A stretch of 64,000 nt of DNA from positions 117,552,001 to 117,616,000 of the forward strand of contig OX597819.1 in the NCBI GenBank assembly GCA_951406725.2. Direction: 5' to 3'. How positions within the stretch are numbered: position 1 is the first letter of the stretch; every line of letters begins with the position of its first letter. Of the stretch, positions 43,611 through 57,038 are shown one piece after another. The DNA is from Octopus vulgaris. Lineage: Eukaryota. The translations under genes were made by a program, and so were the position numbers. Below the pieces are notes generated by a model that searched no databases, was not told the origin of the DNA, and was given only the letters and a program-made list of their open reading frames with translations.

Positions 43611-44871
43611 CCAAGATTCTGACCTACTGAATTCTACTATACAGTTCTCCACACGGTCCTTTATAACATGAAGTAAATTCGAGTCATCAGGTCAATAAGA
43701 TGGTTTACATCATCCTTCAAATTATTGCTCTCATACCCAGGTAAGAAGGTGTAATTATTTTACTTGATAGTTTATGTATCGCACAATTCTTACTCCTACC
43801 AATAGGTTGAAAGTAGTTTGATTCATGACCAGTTAAAGTACATGCGTGAACATGCTGATATTTAGCATGAAGAAATAAAGAAGACCTAGTGTATGTGTTT
43901 CCTTATAATAGATTTTATGGTGCAATTGAATTAGTTTTCTAGTACGAACTCAAATGATATTCAATTGCAAAACTCTGAAATACATACACAAACAAACACA
44001 CACACACACACATACACGCACACATACGCATGCACACTACATCCTCTCACACACACTCACTCAGGCTCCGCATGCCCGCACGCCCAACACACGGGTTTGT
44101 GTTTCTCTCATTCCGTATGTATCTGTGTGCGCATAAATATTTATTCATTTGAGATGAGTTATTATAACATAGTTCATCTAACGCCAATTAAAAGATATCA
44201 TTCAATAAACACATGAAACAGAATTAAAGAACAAAGGGAAGAGGTGAAGGGCCAGTGAATCATAATTTGAAAAATTCGCATGAAAATAAACCTTGTGCCT
44301 AGGCAAGGGAGTCCTAGAGTCATATTTTTGTATACATAATCATATTATCTTACATAGATGAAGAGGGACCAAGGGTTTAGATATCATGCGCAGAAGATGC
44401 AAATCGTATTTGATGGGTCGTGTAGGGTTAGAATTATGTCAGATTGTTAACTTGAGATAAACAATATAATGTTGCTAGCTCGATAATTGGTGTGCTGCAG
44501 TTGTATCGATTTTAGAAGGAGAAGACAATGTAGTAATACTCTTCACAATAGCACGTTGTAAGTCGTTTCTCCCACTTTTGATACTCCTCTTGGTTTTAAA
44601 ATTTTGTTATGGGATTGGTCCTGGACACGCCTTCACCTCTGGAAGAAATCAATATCAGTGGGTAGCCTAATGCCTATAATATTAGCCGTATATGTCCTGG
44701 CCGAAGGGGGACTCTACCATAACTACTATGTATATTCACTCACACACACATATACGTATAGATATTTACAAACACAAGCACACATACACGTATATATATA
44801 CGTATACATATTTACACACTCACACACACACACAAACATATATATATATATATATAAATATATATATATAT

Positions 44872-45097
44872 ATTTCTTTACTGCCTACAAGGGGCTAAAC
44901 ATGGAGGGGACAAACAAGGACAGACAAAGGGATTAAGTCGATTACATCGATCCCAGTGCGTACTTAATATATCGATCCCGAAAGGATGAAAGGCAAAGTC
45001 AACCTCGGTGGAATTTGAACTCAGAACGTAACGGCAGACGAAATACCGCTAAGCATTTCGCCCGGCGCGCTAACGTTTCTGCCAGCTCGCTGCCTTA
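44872..45097 (-). mobile_element. tRNA-SINE family A, full length
   Basis: Reverse complement of the 15961 copy. Confidence 0.88.
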
Positions 45098-45124
45098 CAA
45101 AAACACACACACACACACACCTGT

Positions 45125-45325
45125 TGGACCGCTAGCTCCTACACGCATCTTTTTCTTTCCTTGTTTCTCTCCTTCTTTCTTTTCTGTTTATCTTTCTGTC
45201 GAAGAGCGTAGGCTCGAAAAACGTAAAAGACTTGTTTTATTTCTATTCCTGGGCGCCATATTAATACATTGTTTGTTTGTACTCCACCTGCCTTCGTCTT
45301 TTGTTTATTTTCGTAAAACTTCCAG

Positions 45326-45330
<5 letters not shown>
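45125..45330 (+). mobile_element. Penelope pLTR-like repeat with minimal hammerhead-like motif (45191-45230)
   Basis: TCTTT-CTGTCGA-a-GAGC-gtag-GCTC-GAAA(aa)CG-TA-AAAGA; ends in (TA)n; homologous to copies at 45690, 48330 and 61195. Confidence 0.65.
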
Positions 45331-45386
<56 letters not shown>

Positions 45387-45599
45387 GTACATATAAATAT
45401 ATATATATGTATATATATGTATGTATATGAGGTATGTATGTCAGTGTTTGTGTGCATAGATTGCTTAAATTGATGCACAGAGTATATATATAAAAAATGA
45501 GGGGAGTCGTGATTTGTAGAAACGTTATGTAGTTTGCGCCTTCGTCACTTTCGAGGATTCGTTATCGTGAATGATTTCATATAGAAAATGTTTACCTCC

Positions 45600-45684
<85 letters not shown>

Positions 45685-45689
45685 GTTCA

Positions 45690-45860
45690 AAATTATTAGT
45701 TTAACGCTCGGGAAGAAAGGAAAAGTCTCTTACATTTCGAGCCTACGCACTTCAGCAGAAAAGATTAAGATGAAAATAGAAACAAAAAAGAAGACAAACG
45801 GAGCGAAAACGAAAAAAGAAAAATAAATAAAACAAAACAGAAAGAAAAGAGAAAGCTAAA
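45690..45860 (-). mobile_element. Inverted copy of the same pLTR-like repeat (motif 45726-45764)
   Basis: Minus strand: TCTTTT-CTGCTGA-a-GTGC-gtag-GCTC-GAAA-TG-TA-AGAGA, followed by the family sequence ttcccgagcgttaaactaat. Confidence 0.6.
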
Positions 45861-46030
45861 CAAAATTTGTACGCATTAACATTTCAACAGCAGAAAATAG
45901 TTAGAAGAAAGATGCTGAATGAAATGGAGATAATAACGGTGGCCTGGACGAACTAAAGTGCACAGGCCTGTGTGTGTATGTGAGAATGGATTGTGTGAAT
46001 GCGTATTTTTGAATGGTAGCACGTCCGTGA

Positions 46031-46557
46031 GTACTCACACAGAAACACAGGCCACAAAAATTTAAGCTCCGCCACACGTACATACGCACACATATATATA
46101 TATATACATACATATACGCACACACATACACACGCTTATGCATGTGAAGTACTGAGTAGATAGACAATGTGCACACACGTAACACGCACATACACATGCA
46201 CATAGCCTCACATATATACTCGTCCATACAAATACACAAAACACACATCATTCTTAACAATGCACACTTTAGGTAACTTGTACTCACACAGATACACAGG
46301 CCACAAAAATTTAAGCTCCGCCTGGGTGTCTCTGTGGCCTGTGTATCTGTGTGAGTACAAGTAACCTAAAGTGGGCATTGTTAAGAATGATGTGTGTTTT
46401 GTGTATTTGTATGGACGAGTATATATGTGAGGCTATGTGCGTGTGTATGTGCGTGTTGCGCGTGTGCACATTGTCTATCTACTCAGTACTTCACATGCAT
46501 AAGCGTGTGTATGTGTGTGTATATGTATGTATATATATATATATATATGCGTGTATG
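46031..46557. repeat. ~225-bp inverted repeat with a 43-bp direct repeat
   Basis: Arms 46081-46305 and 46333-46557 with a 27-bp spacer; 46031-46073 recurs at 46280-46322. Confidence 0.9.
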
Positions 46558-46759
46558 TTGTTTGTATATATAAAGGTATATATGCATATATATATAGAGA
46601 GAGAGAAAGAGAGAGAGAGATGTGTGTGTGTGAGTGTGTCCTTAGATGTTGGAGGGAAGGTTTCTTCTGTGTGGTGAATGTATTTCCTTCATCTTGAATT
46701 GAAACGTGCGTATATATTTAAGTGTGTAGATTATGTGTATATGAGTCTATAACCATCTA

Positions 46760-47122
46760 TAGGGCAGCGGACTCGCGGTCGTAGGATCGCGGTTTCGATT
46801 CCCAGACCGGGCGTTGTGAGTGTTTATTGAGCGAAAACACCTAAAGCTCCACGAGGTTCCGGCAGGGATGGTGGTGATCCCGGCTGTACTCTTTCCCCAC
46901 AACTTTCTCTAACTCTTATTTCCTGTTTCTGTTGTACCTGTATTTCAAAAGGGCCGGCCTTGTCACTCTCTGTGTCACGCTGAATATCCCCGAGAACTAC
47001 GTTAAAGGTACACGTGTCTGTGGAGTGCTCAGCCACTTACACGTTAATTTCACGAGCAGGCTGTTCCGTGGATCGGATCAACCGGAACCCTCGTCGTCGT
47101 AACCGACGGAGTGTTTCCATCC
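46760..47122 (+). mobile_element. tRNA-SINE family C (tail type 2), 5'-truncated, 11-bp TSD
   Basis: TSD ATAACCATCTA 46749-59 / 47123-33; head and body match 6785, but the 3' half is unrelated. Confidence 0.85.
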
Positions 47123-47629
47123 ATAACCATCTACGTTGGAAGAATTTTAAATAAAACGAAAAAAGGAAAGACATGGTAACAAAGAAAGAAAGAAAGAAAG
47201 AATGGAGAAAAGAAAAAAGACAGAAGAAAGAAAGTCAGAAAGACAGAGGTTCTTACGTCGGATGATATAAATTTATGACAGTTGAAAGATATCATTGTTT
47301 TAAATATATTAATTACAATAAATTTCTTTAAGTTATTGTGTGAAAGACTCACATGCATATATAAGTTTTAAATTTCTCACCAGAAATCTCTCATGATGAA
47401 TCTCTGAAAGGGACGAAAGCGCTGTTTAAAAAGGATTTTAACCCAAACCTAAATACATTTCATTTTAGCATTATATATTTATATAGACATCGTATATATA
47501 TATATTTATTGGTGTCTGATTTTTGAAAGCATATAACAAAATTATTTTAACGCTTTTACTTCCGACACATTTCTTAATATATTATACAAAAAAATTTTCG
47601 TTAACCCGAAGTTTCTACCTTTCAAAACC

Positions 47630-48071
47630 AGGAGTTATTATTATTATTATTTTTATTATTATTACTTTTTTTCTTCTTCTTTCAAATTTGTTATCATTTC
47701 TTGCCGAGTGTCTTCCCGACTCCTAGGGCAAAGAAACTCATAGTATACATTGGTAGGCCATTAAACCAAACTCAGTAGTTCGTTCATTTTTTTTTTAAAA
47801 TTAAAATACATGAGCAGCAACAGTTCTCACATCGACAATGCTCTTCTCAATACGTGTGATGTACCAGTTAAGACAATCTTTTGCACTTCTTGCAGGGATG
47901 GTAAGCCAGGGGTCATTCTCATATAATTTTCGGTTCCCTTCCTGATCATTCCTAGTGCTCCTACGATCACTGGTATTGTAACCGCCTTGAGATGCCACAT
48001 TTTCTCAATTTCAATGAGTAGGTCTTTATATTTTCTGAGCTTGTCAAACTCTTTCGCTGAGATATTATGAT
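47630..48071 (-). mobile_element. R4/Dong-type LINE 3' end, second subfamily
   Basis: Minus strand KEFDKLRKYKDLLIEIEKMWHLKAVTIPVIVGALGMI..VLRRALSM*, bounded by ATT repeats. Confidence 0.82.
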
Positions 48072-48075
48072 CACT

Positions 48076-48077
48076 TA

Positions 48078-48141
<64 letters not shown>

Positions 48142-48149
48142 CCATTAAT

Positions 48150-48228
<79 letters not shown>

Positions 48229-48261
48229 TAATAATAATAATATTAATAATAATAATAATAA
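48076..48261. repeat. Fold-back (TTA)n-(AAT)n microsatellite
   Basis: Direct inspection. Confidence 0.95.
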
Positions 48262-48329
48262 TCACATCTCCCTTTCGTTCAGCCTCTGTTTTCTAGTCAT
48301 GTCGACATGTTGGACCTTTGAACTCTGCA

Positions 48330-48510
48330 CATCTTTTCACTTTTCCTTTTTTTTTCAATCTCTCTTTTATTTTTTCCTCTTAATCCTTTCTGTCGAAGTG
48401 CATAGCCTCGAAACGTAAAAGACTTTTCCATTTCCCCCGAGCGGTAACGTAATAGTTGCTCCTACACCTTTCTTCATCCTTTGTTTTCTGTTTATTTGAA
48501 CTTGATCTAT
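48330..48510 (+). mobile_element. Copy of the same pLTR-like repeat (motif 48386-48422)
   Basis: CTTT-CTGTCGA-a-GTGC-atag-CCTC-GAAA-CG-TA-AAAG, with downstream sequence shared with the 45125 and 61195 copies. Confidence 0.6.
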
Positions 48511-49828
48511 ATACATAATTATATTTATTATGACCCTTTAATTTCCAGCTAATTTTAGATTTCGTAGCTTCCCATTTCTTCTGGAACAACTATAATTCAA
48601 TTTGAACACGATAAATTTCACCTGTTAGTATTTTAAAATTTACATCTTCTACTTCATTTTATAGTTATTTGGATCAATTTGACATTTACTTTGCCATTAA
48701 TAATGTATTTCTCTTATGTTATTTCTTGTTGTTATTGCATTTGTCGATATTTTAATGTTAGACTTCAAGTCACTTCTGCATTTCGAGTTGCACATTTGTT
48801 GGTTATTCCACTTTTTCTGTTGTTCTTGTAGATGCTATTTATATAACTGTTGAGTTTGTCTTCGGCTTTCATGTCGCATCTTCATGTTTCTATCGTGGAA
48901 GTTGTTTGTGAACTTGACATTTCTTTTTGTTGTTTTATTTTCATTTTGAGGTAATTCTCATTGTTATCGCTTCAGGTTACTCTCTTGAGAAATTATTGGA
49001 AAACGATCCATGTATTTCTGCAGACCTTTAGTTTTTACCAGGAAGATTCATACCTGGCGTCATTTAGTTGTTGACACACATGCAAACACATCATTTATTA
49101 TCCAGCATCCAACGTATTTTTTCACATATATTTCTGTCAACTTTATTTTATTATGTTTGGTTCATTTCAAATATTTTTAAATATTTCCCAGAGTGTAAAG
49201 AGCGTTGATAGAAATTTAAAGATACTTGCTGTCAGTTTGATAAGAGAATTGCAGGCAAAATGTTTGATAACAATTCTTAATTTACTAAAATTGAATGAAA
49301 ATAAACACGAAGGATAGAAAACAATCAATAAACGAATACAGGAAAACAACGAGAAAAACAATGTGAGAATAGAAAATCCTACAAGATGGAGCAAATTAAC
49401 CTGTCAACTATTCCACTCATTTTGGAACGTATAAATATTCTTTGAAATAACTGAATTTGAAATATATTTTTCATTAATTTTGTTATCTTTAACATGAGAA
49501 CTGTTAACATAGAGAAATGCAGAACTGCGCTTGCTTGCTGAGTATATGTTCCTTTACTTTTTAAGTGTATAAATGTGCATACATATGGATTGTAGATTCT
49601 ATAGTAACTCCTTTGATAAAAAAAAACAGTCATGTATGGTTCCAATTGCTAAAGTTACATGATATTAATGTAAAAGTGGCCAACATATTAATAATGAACG
49701 TCAACTGAACGACTCGAATGGAATGTGCCAGAAACTGAGTGAGTACAAATCTGTACGAAATGCTGCATGTGATGGAAATTTGATGCTGTATGTAGAATTA
49801 TATGCCATTACACAACTATACATTTGGC

Positions 49829-49888
<60 letters not shown>

Positions 49889-49892
<4 letters not shown>

Positions 49893-50546
49893 TAGTTTTA
49901 TTTTTATATCGTGCTTTCACTTCACTACCGAGCGCAGCTCTGTGTGCCTTGGGTATGTGCTGTGATTTGTTGTGATGCTCTGAAGGGTATTGTATGGAAA
50001 ATGTTCTGCGTAGGATGTGTGCAGTGCCTAGTAGTGCAATTTTATGTATGTTATAAGTGTTTGTAAGTCCTGGTGTTTTTGTTATGTATTTGTCTGAATA
50101 TTTTTTTTATCATGCCTAATGAACCTACTATGATAGGAATTGTTTCTGTTTTCAGATTCAACATTCTAGTTACCTCTATTTCCAGGTCTTTGTATTTTGA
50201 GAGTTTCTCCATTTCTTTTAGAGACACGTTGTCATCAGCCGGTATTGATACATCAATTAGAAATCATTTTTTTCTTCATGGTCTCTGACAACTATATCTG
50301 GTCTGTTGGCCTTAATTTCTCTATCTGTGTGTATCGGCATATCCCAGAGTATGGTTGCTTTCTCGTTTTCTGTGACCTTTTCTGGTGTGTGCCTATACCA
50401 TCTGTTTTCTGTTGTTATTCCATAATGTCGGCATAGCTTCCAATGTATGTAGGTTCCAACTCTGTCATGTCTGTGAATATATTCCTTCTTAGCCAGGACT
50501 GGGCAGCTAGAGATAATATGATTTATTGTTTCTTGTCCATCTCCAC
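49889..50546 (-). mobile_element. R4/Dong-type LINE 3' end (zinc-knuckle remnant and REL), same family as 41169
   Basis: Minus strand ETINHIISSCPVLAKKEYIHRHDRVGTYIHW..RPDIV; near-identical to 41169-41690; (ATT)n on both sides. Confidence 0.88.
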
Positions 50547-50555
50547 ATTATTATA

Positions 50556-50614
<59 letters not shown>

Positions 50615-50965
50615 CAATATACTGATGCTGACCTAAAGCTTCGTCCTCACTTCACTGTTACAATCTACCTCTGTGTGTCTTTGTTCTCGTGTCTGTGTTT
50701 GTATATCTGTGTTCGTGTGTAGGTATGCGTTTGAATGAGCAAGCGTGCATGTGATTCTCTACGTATGTTGGTATGCATGGTTCAGAGGTCATCTGTGTTT
50801 CACTAATACTCCCGCATACGTCTAAGTAAACGTTTCGCCGTTCGGTTTCAAATTTCTACACACCTACTTGTGTACGTGTGTGTATTTACATATATATGCA
50901 TAACTATGCATGCACGTATATATAGATAAATAAATAAATAAATAAATAATATATATATATATATA

Positions 50966-50997
<32 letters not shown>

Positions 50998-51089
50998 AAT
51001 ATATATATGTTAATAAAATAGAACATATGCATATATATAAACATATATGTACGTACCTACCTCTACATGTACATATACACGCATATATG

Positions 51090-51703
51090 TGTACAGGACA
51101 CCAAAAAGACGTCGAACACATAGAGAGACGAAAAACATAGACACAAACCAAGGAACAAGACAAGCAAAAAAAGAGAGATACAAGACAATAAGCACAACGA
51201 AAAATCCCCTTCTTCAGTCGCTAAGGTTTCATCTACTAAACGTTTCGAAGGATAAAAGCGAGACGTATACTTCGAAGAAAACTTCCTTCCTGCGAAAAGC
51301 AAATCAATTAAAATTCTGAGATCTTTTCGCAGAGGGGTAAAAAAAGCAAGACGGTAACGACAGTACAAACATATAAACAGTAAAAAATATATATATAAAC
51401 AGTGGAAAAATAAATATATAACAGTGAGAGACAGGACAAGGAGAACAAGATAAGAAGGGCTGTTAACGCCAGACGAAAAAAGTATTGCAAACGCTGGATT
51501 ATAGTGGACGACGAGAGAGAAAGATGTCGACCAGTAGCCTTAGAAGGCGGGCGAGAAAAGACAGGATAGCAGTTACGACGGAAGTATCGTCGCAGATGGA
51601 CGACGGGAATGGGGGAGGAGGAGCAAGAGGAAGAGAGAGAAGAAGGGGAATGGTGCGAGGAGACCATGAAGAACGGTGAGGGGGAGAGAGAGAGGAAGAG
51701 ACA

Positions 51704-51795
<92 letters not shown>

Positions 51796-51990
51796 GTATG
51801 AATGGAGCAATCTCAACATTGATCAGCCGAAATTGCGAGGATGATCCGGTTCTTCTCTGAGGATAGAAAGCTTCGACTGACCCGTCCTTGTTTTATTTTA
51901 TCGTCTTTCTGGGTGTTTTGATGTCCCTTTTTGTATCCCTTAGTTGTCCGGATGTTTTGCGTTCTTGTGCCATTTTGTATTTTATATATA
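51090..51990. mobile_element. Related (TA)n-embedded repeats in opposite orientations around the (TA)n at 51703-51783
   Basis: 51090-51700 (minus) has CGAAACG..CTGAAGAAGGGG; 51800-51990 (plus) has CCGAAA..CTGAGGA. Both end in gtcc..tttgtatattttata-type tails. Confidence 0.4.
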
Positions 51991-52220
51991 CATATAAATA
52001 TATATATATATATATATGTATTTGTGTCTGTGTGTATGAATGTAATTGTATGTATATGTATGTGTATATATATATATGTGAGTGTGTGCATGTGTGTAGC
52101 TGTGTGTGAGTATAATATTGCCGTCAAAACAGAAATGACATCCGTGCGTAAATGAAAAATGTAGAAATTTCGTTTAAATCTATACATATAACGACTTGTA
52201 TATGAAAATCCCCACAGATA

Positions 52221-52287
<67 letters not shown>

Positions 52288-53104
52288 CTACATTTGTATG
52301 TGTTACTTCACATGAATTATGCATTTTTTTTCTTAAAGAATATTAGTAGAATTCTCATCGGTATAGATTCTTATACAGCAAAACTTAAGTTTAAATATAA
52401 CCGATATTCCTGCTGGATTACAGTTGACATATCGTATCCAATAGATTCTTTTCGCTCTGTTCCCATGAAAGCCGTGTATTTTCTGTAGTCATTTACTAGT
52501 TGAGCGTGTTTTGCATTCCCAAGTGGTAATTTGAACAGTCTTCAGCTCTTTGTCTGCTCGAGTATTTCCAAATATATATACGACGAAGTAGTAGTTGTTC
52601 TCAAAATACCAGCAGCAGTTGACAGTAGATCTAACTAAAAAAACTTCTATATTTTTATCTATAGAATTTATAACCTATAGCGTAGATGCATATCGTACGA
52701 GATTCAATTATATTTTTAATGGTTTTAGTGTTACAGGGTATGTTTCTTATATTGTTAGATATAAATTGATTTGTCTGATAAAAAAATAGTCTATCGATTC
52801 GATTTTTGTAGTAGAATGTGATTTACTGATTTATTTGGGCTACAACCATGTGAGCCAAGAATTTATCAGACAAGTGTTATGAGTGTAGTTTTTATTTTTA
52901 TGCTGCCAAGGGGACTATCTATTGCTTAACTTTCAACAACCTTTCCCTTTTCTAACATTACAAATCAATATTGTGTTTCATAGAAAACCAGTTTTATTTT
53001 TTTATACTTAAATTTTTTTTTTTAATATATGTTTTACATTTAAGGAAACAGTGAAATGGCAATTATAAAATCGTCATCCGAAATGGCATTTGCATAATAT
53101 TATT

Positions 53105-53325
53105 TGTTTCTTTATTGCACACAAGGGGCTAAACATAGAGGGGGACAAACAAGGACAGACAAAGGGATTAAGTCGATTACATCGACCCCAGTGCGTACTT
53201 AATTTATCGACCCCGAAAGAATGAAAGGCAAAGTCGACTTCGGCGGAATTTGAACTCAGAACGTAACGGCAGATGAAATACGGCTACGCATTTCTCCTGG
53301 CGTGCTAACGGTTCTGCCAGCTCAA
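53105..53325 (-). mobile_element. tRNA-SINE family A with 14-bp TSD
   Basis: TSD TGCATAATATTATT at 53091-53104 and 53338-53351. Confidence 0.88.
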
Positions 53326-53789
53326 CGCATTCACATGTGCATAATATTATTGTCAAAGTTTGATATATTTCACTGCAATGTGCAATGAAATCGTCGTGAA
53401 GTATTCGAATATATTGTTCCTTGTTAGAGTTTAAGCAAAGATGAAATTAAACACGCAGGCTAGAGATAAATACACTACATTTAACATTTGTCTATCTAAT
53501 ACAATGTATTATGAACTGTATAAGTATTGTTTCTCTGTTATAATATATATATATATATGTTTTTATATCGTCCATTATAAATATGATATGTTTTATATCA
53601 GACCAAAATATACCGCACTTTATAATAATATGCCATAGTACCAGTTGCTAACAGCGATATTAGAATAGCGACCTTCACAAAAACTAACATTGTCAATAGA
53701 ATATGAGAGTGCGTTTGTAAGATTTCAAAAAGTATTACATGTGCAAGAAAGGGTCATACAGTTCCTAAACTCTTCACATGATACTCAAT

Positions 53790-54360
53790 TGAAATTTTGG
53801 CACAAGGCCAGCAATTTCGAGTCTGCGAGTAGAACGATTACATTGACCCCAGGGTTCCACTGTTGATTATTTTATCAACCACAACAAGATAAAATCAAAG
53901 ACCACCTCGTCTTAATATCGATCTTAAATTTTTGCAAAAGGCCAGCAGTTACGGGCTACAGGGTATGTCAAGTGCATCGATCCCGATGGTCAAATGTTAC
54001 TTATTTTATCGACTCCGAAAGGATAATATACAAAGCTGATGTTGTCAGAATTTGAATTCAGAATTTCAAGACGGAGGAAATATCGTTAAGCATTACGTCC
54101 GGAGTGATAACAATTGTTCGGGGTTGCTCCCTTACACTTGGCAAAATATTGGTTTCAAATTTTGGCACAAAGCCTGCAATTTCAGGGGAGGTTTTAAGTC
54201 GGTTACAGCAACCACAGTGCTGAAGTGGTACTTAATTTATCGTTCCCGAACGATCAAATACAATTCCACTTCGGCGTAATTTGAACTCAGAACGCAAAGA
54301 GGGGCGAAATATCGTTAAGTAATTTCCCCGGCGTGAAAAAAGTCTTTGCTAGATCGGCGC
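53790..54360 (-). mobile_element. Three decayed tandem family A-related SINEs (alternative tail)
   Basis: ttttggcacaaggccagcaattt-like tail at ~53795, ~53930 and ~54160, each followed by the body. Confidence 0.65.
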
Positions 54361-54644
54361 TTTCTCTTGTAATGTGATTGTAATCAACATTTTACTATGG
54401 CTGCGGTACTTTAATCGAAAATAATGAACAAATGACTGAAATAATGCAATAGCATGTGATGCAGTATCACTTGCTAGTATTGACAGAGAGAAAATTTTTG
54501 GATATACTATATAGATAACATATTGTAAAAAAACACACTCTTTTTTAACTGGTGGTTTATTGTAACTGAATAGTTTGATACCGCTGAGAATTTAAAATTC
54601 ATGAAAGGCATTTGCTAAATACTGTGGGATTTTAATAGTATAGA

Positions 54645-55153
54645 TGCGCAGAAGTGGTTGTGTGGTAAGTAGCTTGCTTACTAAGCACATAGTTCCGAGT
54701 TCAGTCCCACTGCGTGCCACGTTGGGCAATTGTCTTTACATAATTTAGACGTAAGAGTGGCTATGTGGTAGGTAGCATGCTTACGAACCTCATGGTTCCG
54801 GGTTCAGTCCAACTGCGTGGCAACTTGGGCAAGTGTCTTCTACTATAGCCTCGGACCGACCAAAGCCTTGTGAGTTGATTTGGTCGACGGAAACTCAAAG
54901 AAGCCTGTCGTATATATGTATATATTCATATGGGTGTGTGTCTGTTTGTGTGACTTTGTCTGTTCCCCCAACATCGCTTGACAACCGATGCTTGTGTGTT
55001 TACGTCCTCGTAACCTAGCGGTTTGGCAAAAGTGAACGATAGAATAAGTACTAGGCTTCCAAAGAATTAGTCCTGGGGTCGATTTGCTCGATTAAAGGCA
55101 GTGCTCCAGCATGGTCACATTCAAATGACTGAAACAAGTAAAAGAGTAAAAGA
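54645..55153 (+). mobile_element. tRNA-SINE family B: head-only copy (54645-54738) and full copy (54748-55153)
   Basis: Duplicated tRNA head followed by a full body and (GTAAAAGA)n tail. Confidence 0.85.
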
Positions 55154-55540
55154 GCAAATACTTCTGATGTCATACTAATTCTAAACCTGTCTTTATTTTC
55201 ACTTGCAATAGTAATACCGTACTTATGATATCAACCTTACAACATATAAATATATACTTACCAGATTTTTCACTTACAAGAGTGTAAGAAGAACGAAATG
55301 GCTAATATAGTTCTTTTGAACTTTTTTAATGATTCGAAAACCTTGTTCATTTCAATCTGTCTAGGGCATATCTTAATGATTAGAATTGGTTTGTTGAAAG
55401 ACAACATAACAAGTCTTTTACATAGAGTAGAATGTTATATAGTTTTCACACGCAGATACATTAGAGTTGTTAGTGTCTATATCTCTGTATAACCATAATT
55501 ATTTACTAATGTGCTTTACAAAAAAGGAAAAAAAAATCTA

Positions 55541-55968
55541 GGCGCAGGGGTGGCTGTGTGGTAAGTAGCTTGCTAACCAGCCACATGGTTCTGGGTTCAG
55601 TCCCACTGCGCGGCATCTTGGGCAAGTGTCTTCTGCTATAGCCCCGGGCAGACCAATGCCTTGTGAGTGGATTTGGTAGACGGAAACTGAAACAAGCCTG
55701 TCGTATATATGTATATATATGTATATGTATGTGTGTGTGTTTGTGTGTCTGTGTTTGCCCCCCCCCCCCGCCGAACATCGCTTGACAACCGATGCTGGTG
55801 TGCTTACGTCCCCGTCACTTAGCGGTTCGGCAAAAAGAGACCGATAGAATAAGTACTAGGCTTACAATGAATAAGTCCCGGGGTCGATTTGCTCGACTAA
55901 AGGCGATGCTCCAGCATGGCTGCAGTCAAATGACTGAAAAAAGTAAAAGAGTAAAAGAGTAAAAGAGA
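55541..55968 (+). mobile_element. tRNA-SINE family B, full length
   Basis: GGCGCAGGGGTGGCTGTGTGG head, family body and three GTAAAAGA tail repeats. Confidence 0.88.
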
Positions 55969-57038
55969 GTACCGCTTCGAAAATGTGAATAACATTTGGA
56001 ATGCTTTATTTTATATTGTTTAATAATTTCCTAAAGAAATGTTAAAGTAACATTTGTTGACAACACTCTTGGGAAAATAATATTTGATTTGCTGGAAATT
56101 TAGATTTTTGTTGGATTCATTTTCCGTAGAAGTTAGAAAAAGTTTCTAATATATAGAAACAGTTAGTTATGTGTCTCCACGTCATTATGCAGCAGTCGTA
56201 GGAAGAATCTCAAATTTGATTGGATTTCTTCATTGATAACCTCCTTCAGAAGATATGTCATGTTTTATACATTTTATTTCATTAAGCTTCCTTTATTCTG
56301 TGAGATAAGAACGTCGGTCGGTGTCTTTTGGCACCAAGTTTGTTTAAATTAATTTATGATAAGCGGTATTTATTATCAAGAAAAAATATTGCATTGTAAA
56401 GGCAGCATGAGATCAAGAGGGTCACGACAACAACAGCAACAAAAACAAAAACAAGAACAACAACAGTCACTGCAACAACAAGAACAACAACAGCATCAAG
56501 AACACTAACAAAAAGAGCAACAGCAAAATTTAAAACAAAACCAATACCAAAAGCAAAATGTTTGCTTTTGGCACTTGGCCTGATAAAGACATTTTTGTCT
56601 ATTTACGTGATATCGGTGATCCAAGTTTTCTGACTTGATTAAAATCCCACGGCACGGACAATTCAAATAGATTAAAATAAACAAGATACAACAAGAGGAA
56701 TTTAGCAGCGGGGAGACATCTTGCAATCGATGGAAACAGATCAAAGCATTACAAAGAAGAATGATGTAGTCTTATATAGATTATATCATCCTGAAGCAGT
56801 CTTTCTGGCAATACATTACAAATAACGAGAACAAAAACAACATATATATTGAAAACACATAAATGTTTTATATGCAATGCGTCCATAGTTTTATATATAT
56901 ATATATATAAGAGAGAGAGAGAGAGAGATGCACACACACACACACAAACTCACACACATGTGTATATATATATATACAGGCGTAGGAGAGGCTGTGTGGT
57001 AACTAGCTTGCTTACTTCCGGTTACCCAGAATTTATTT

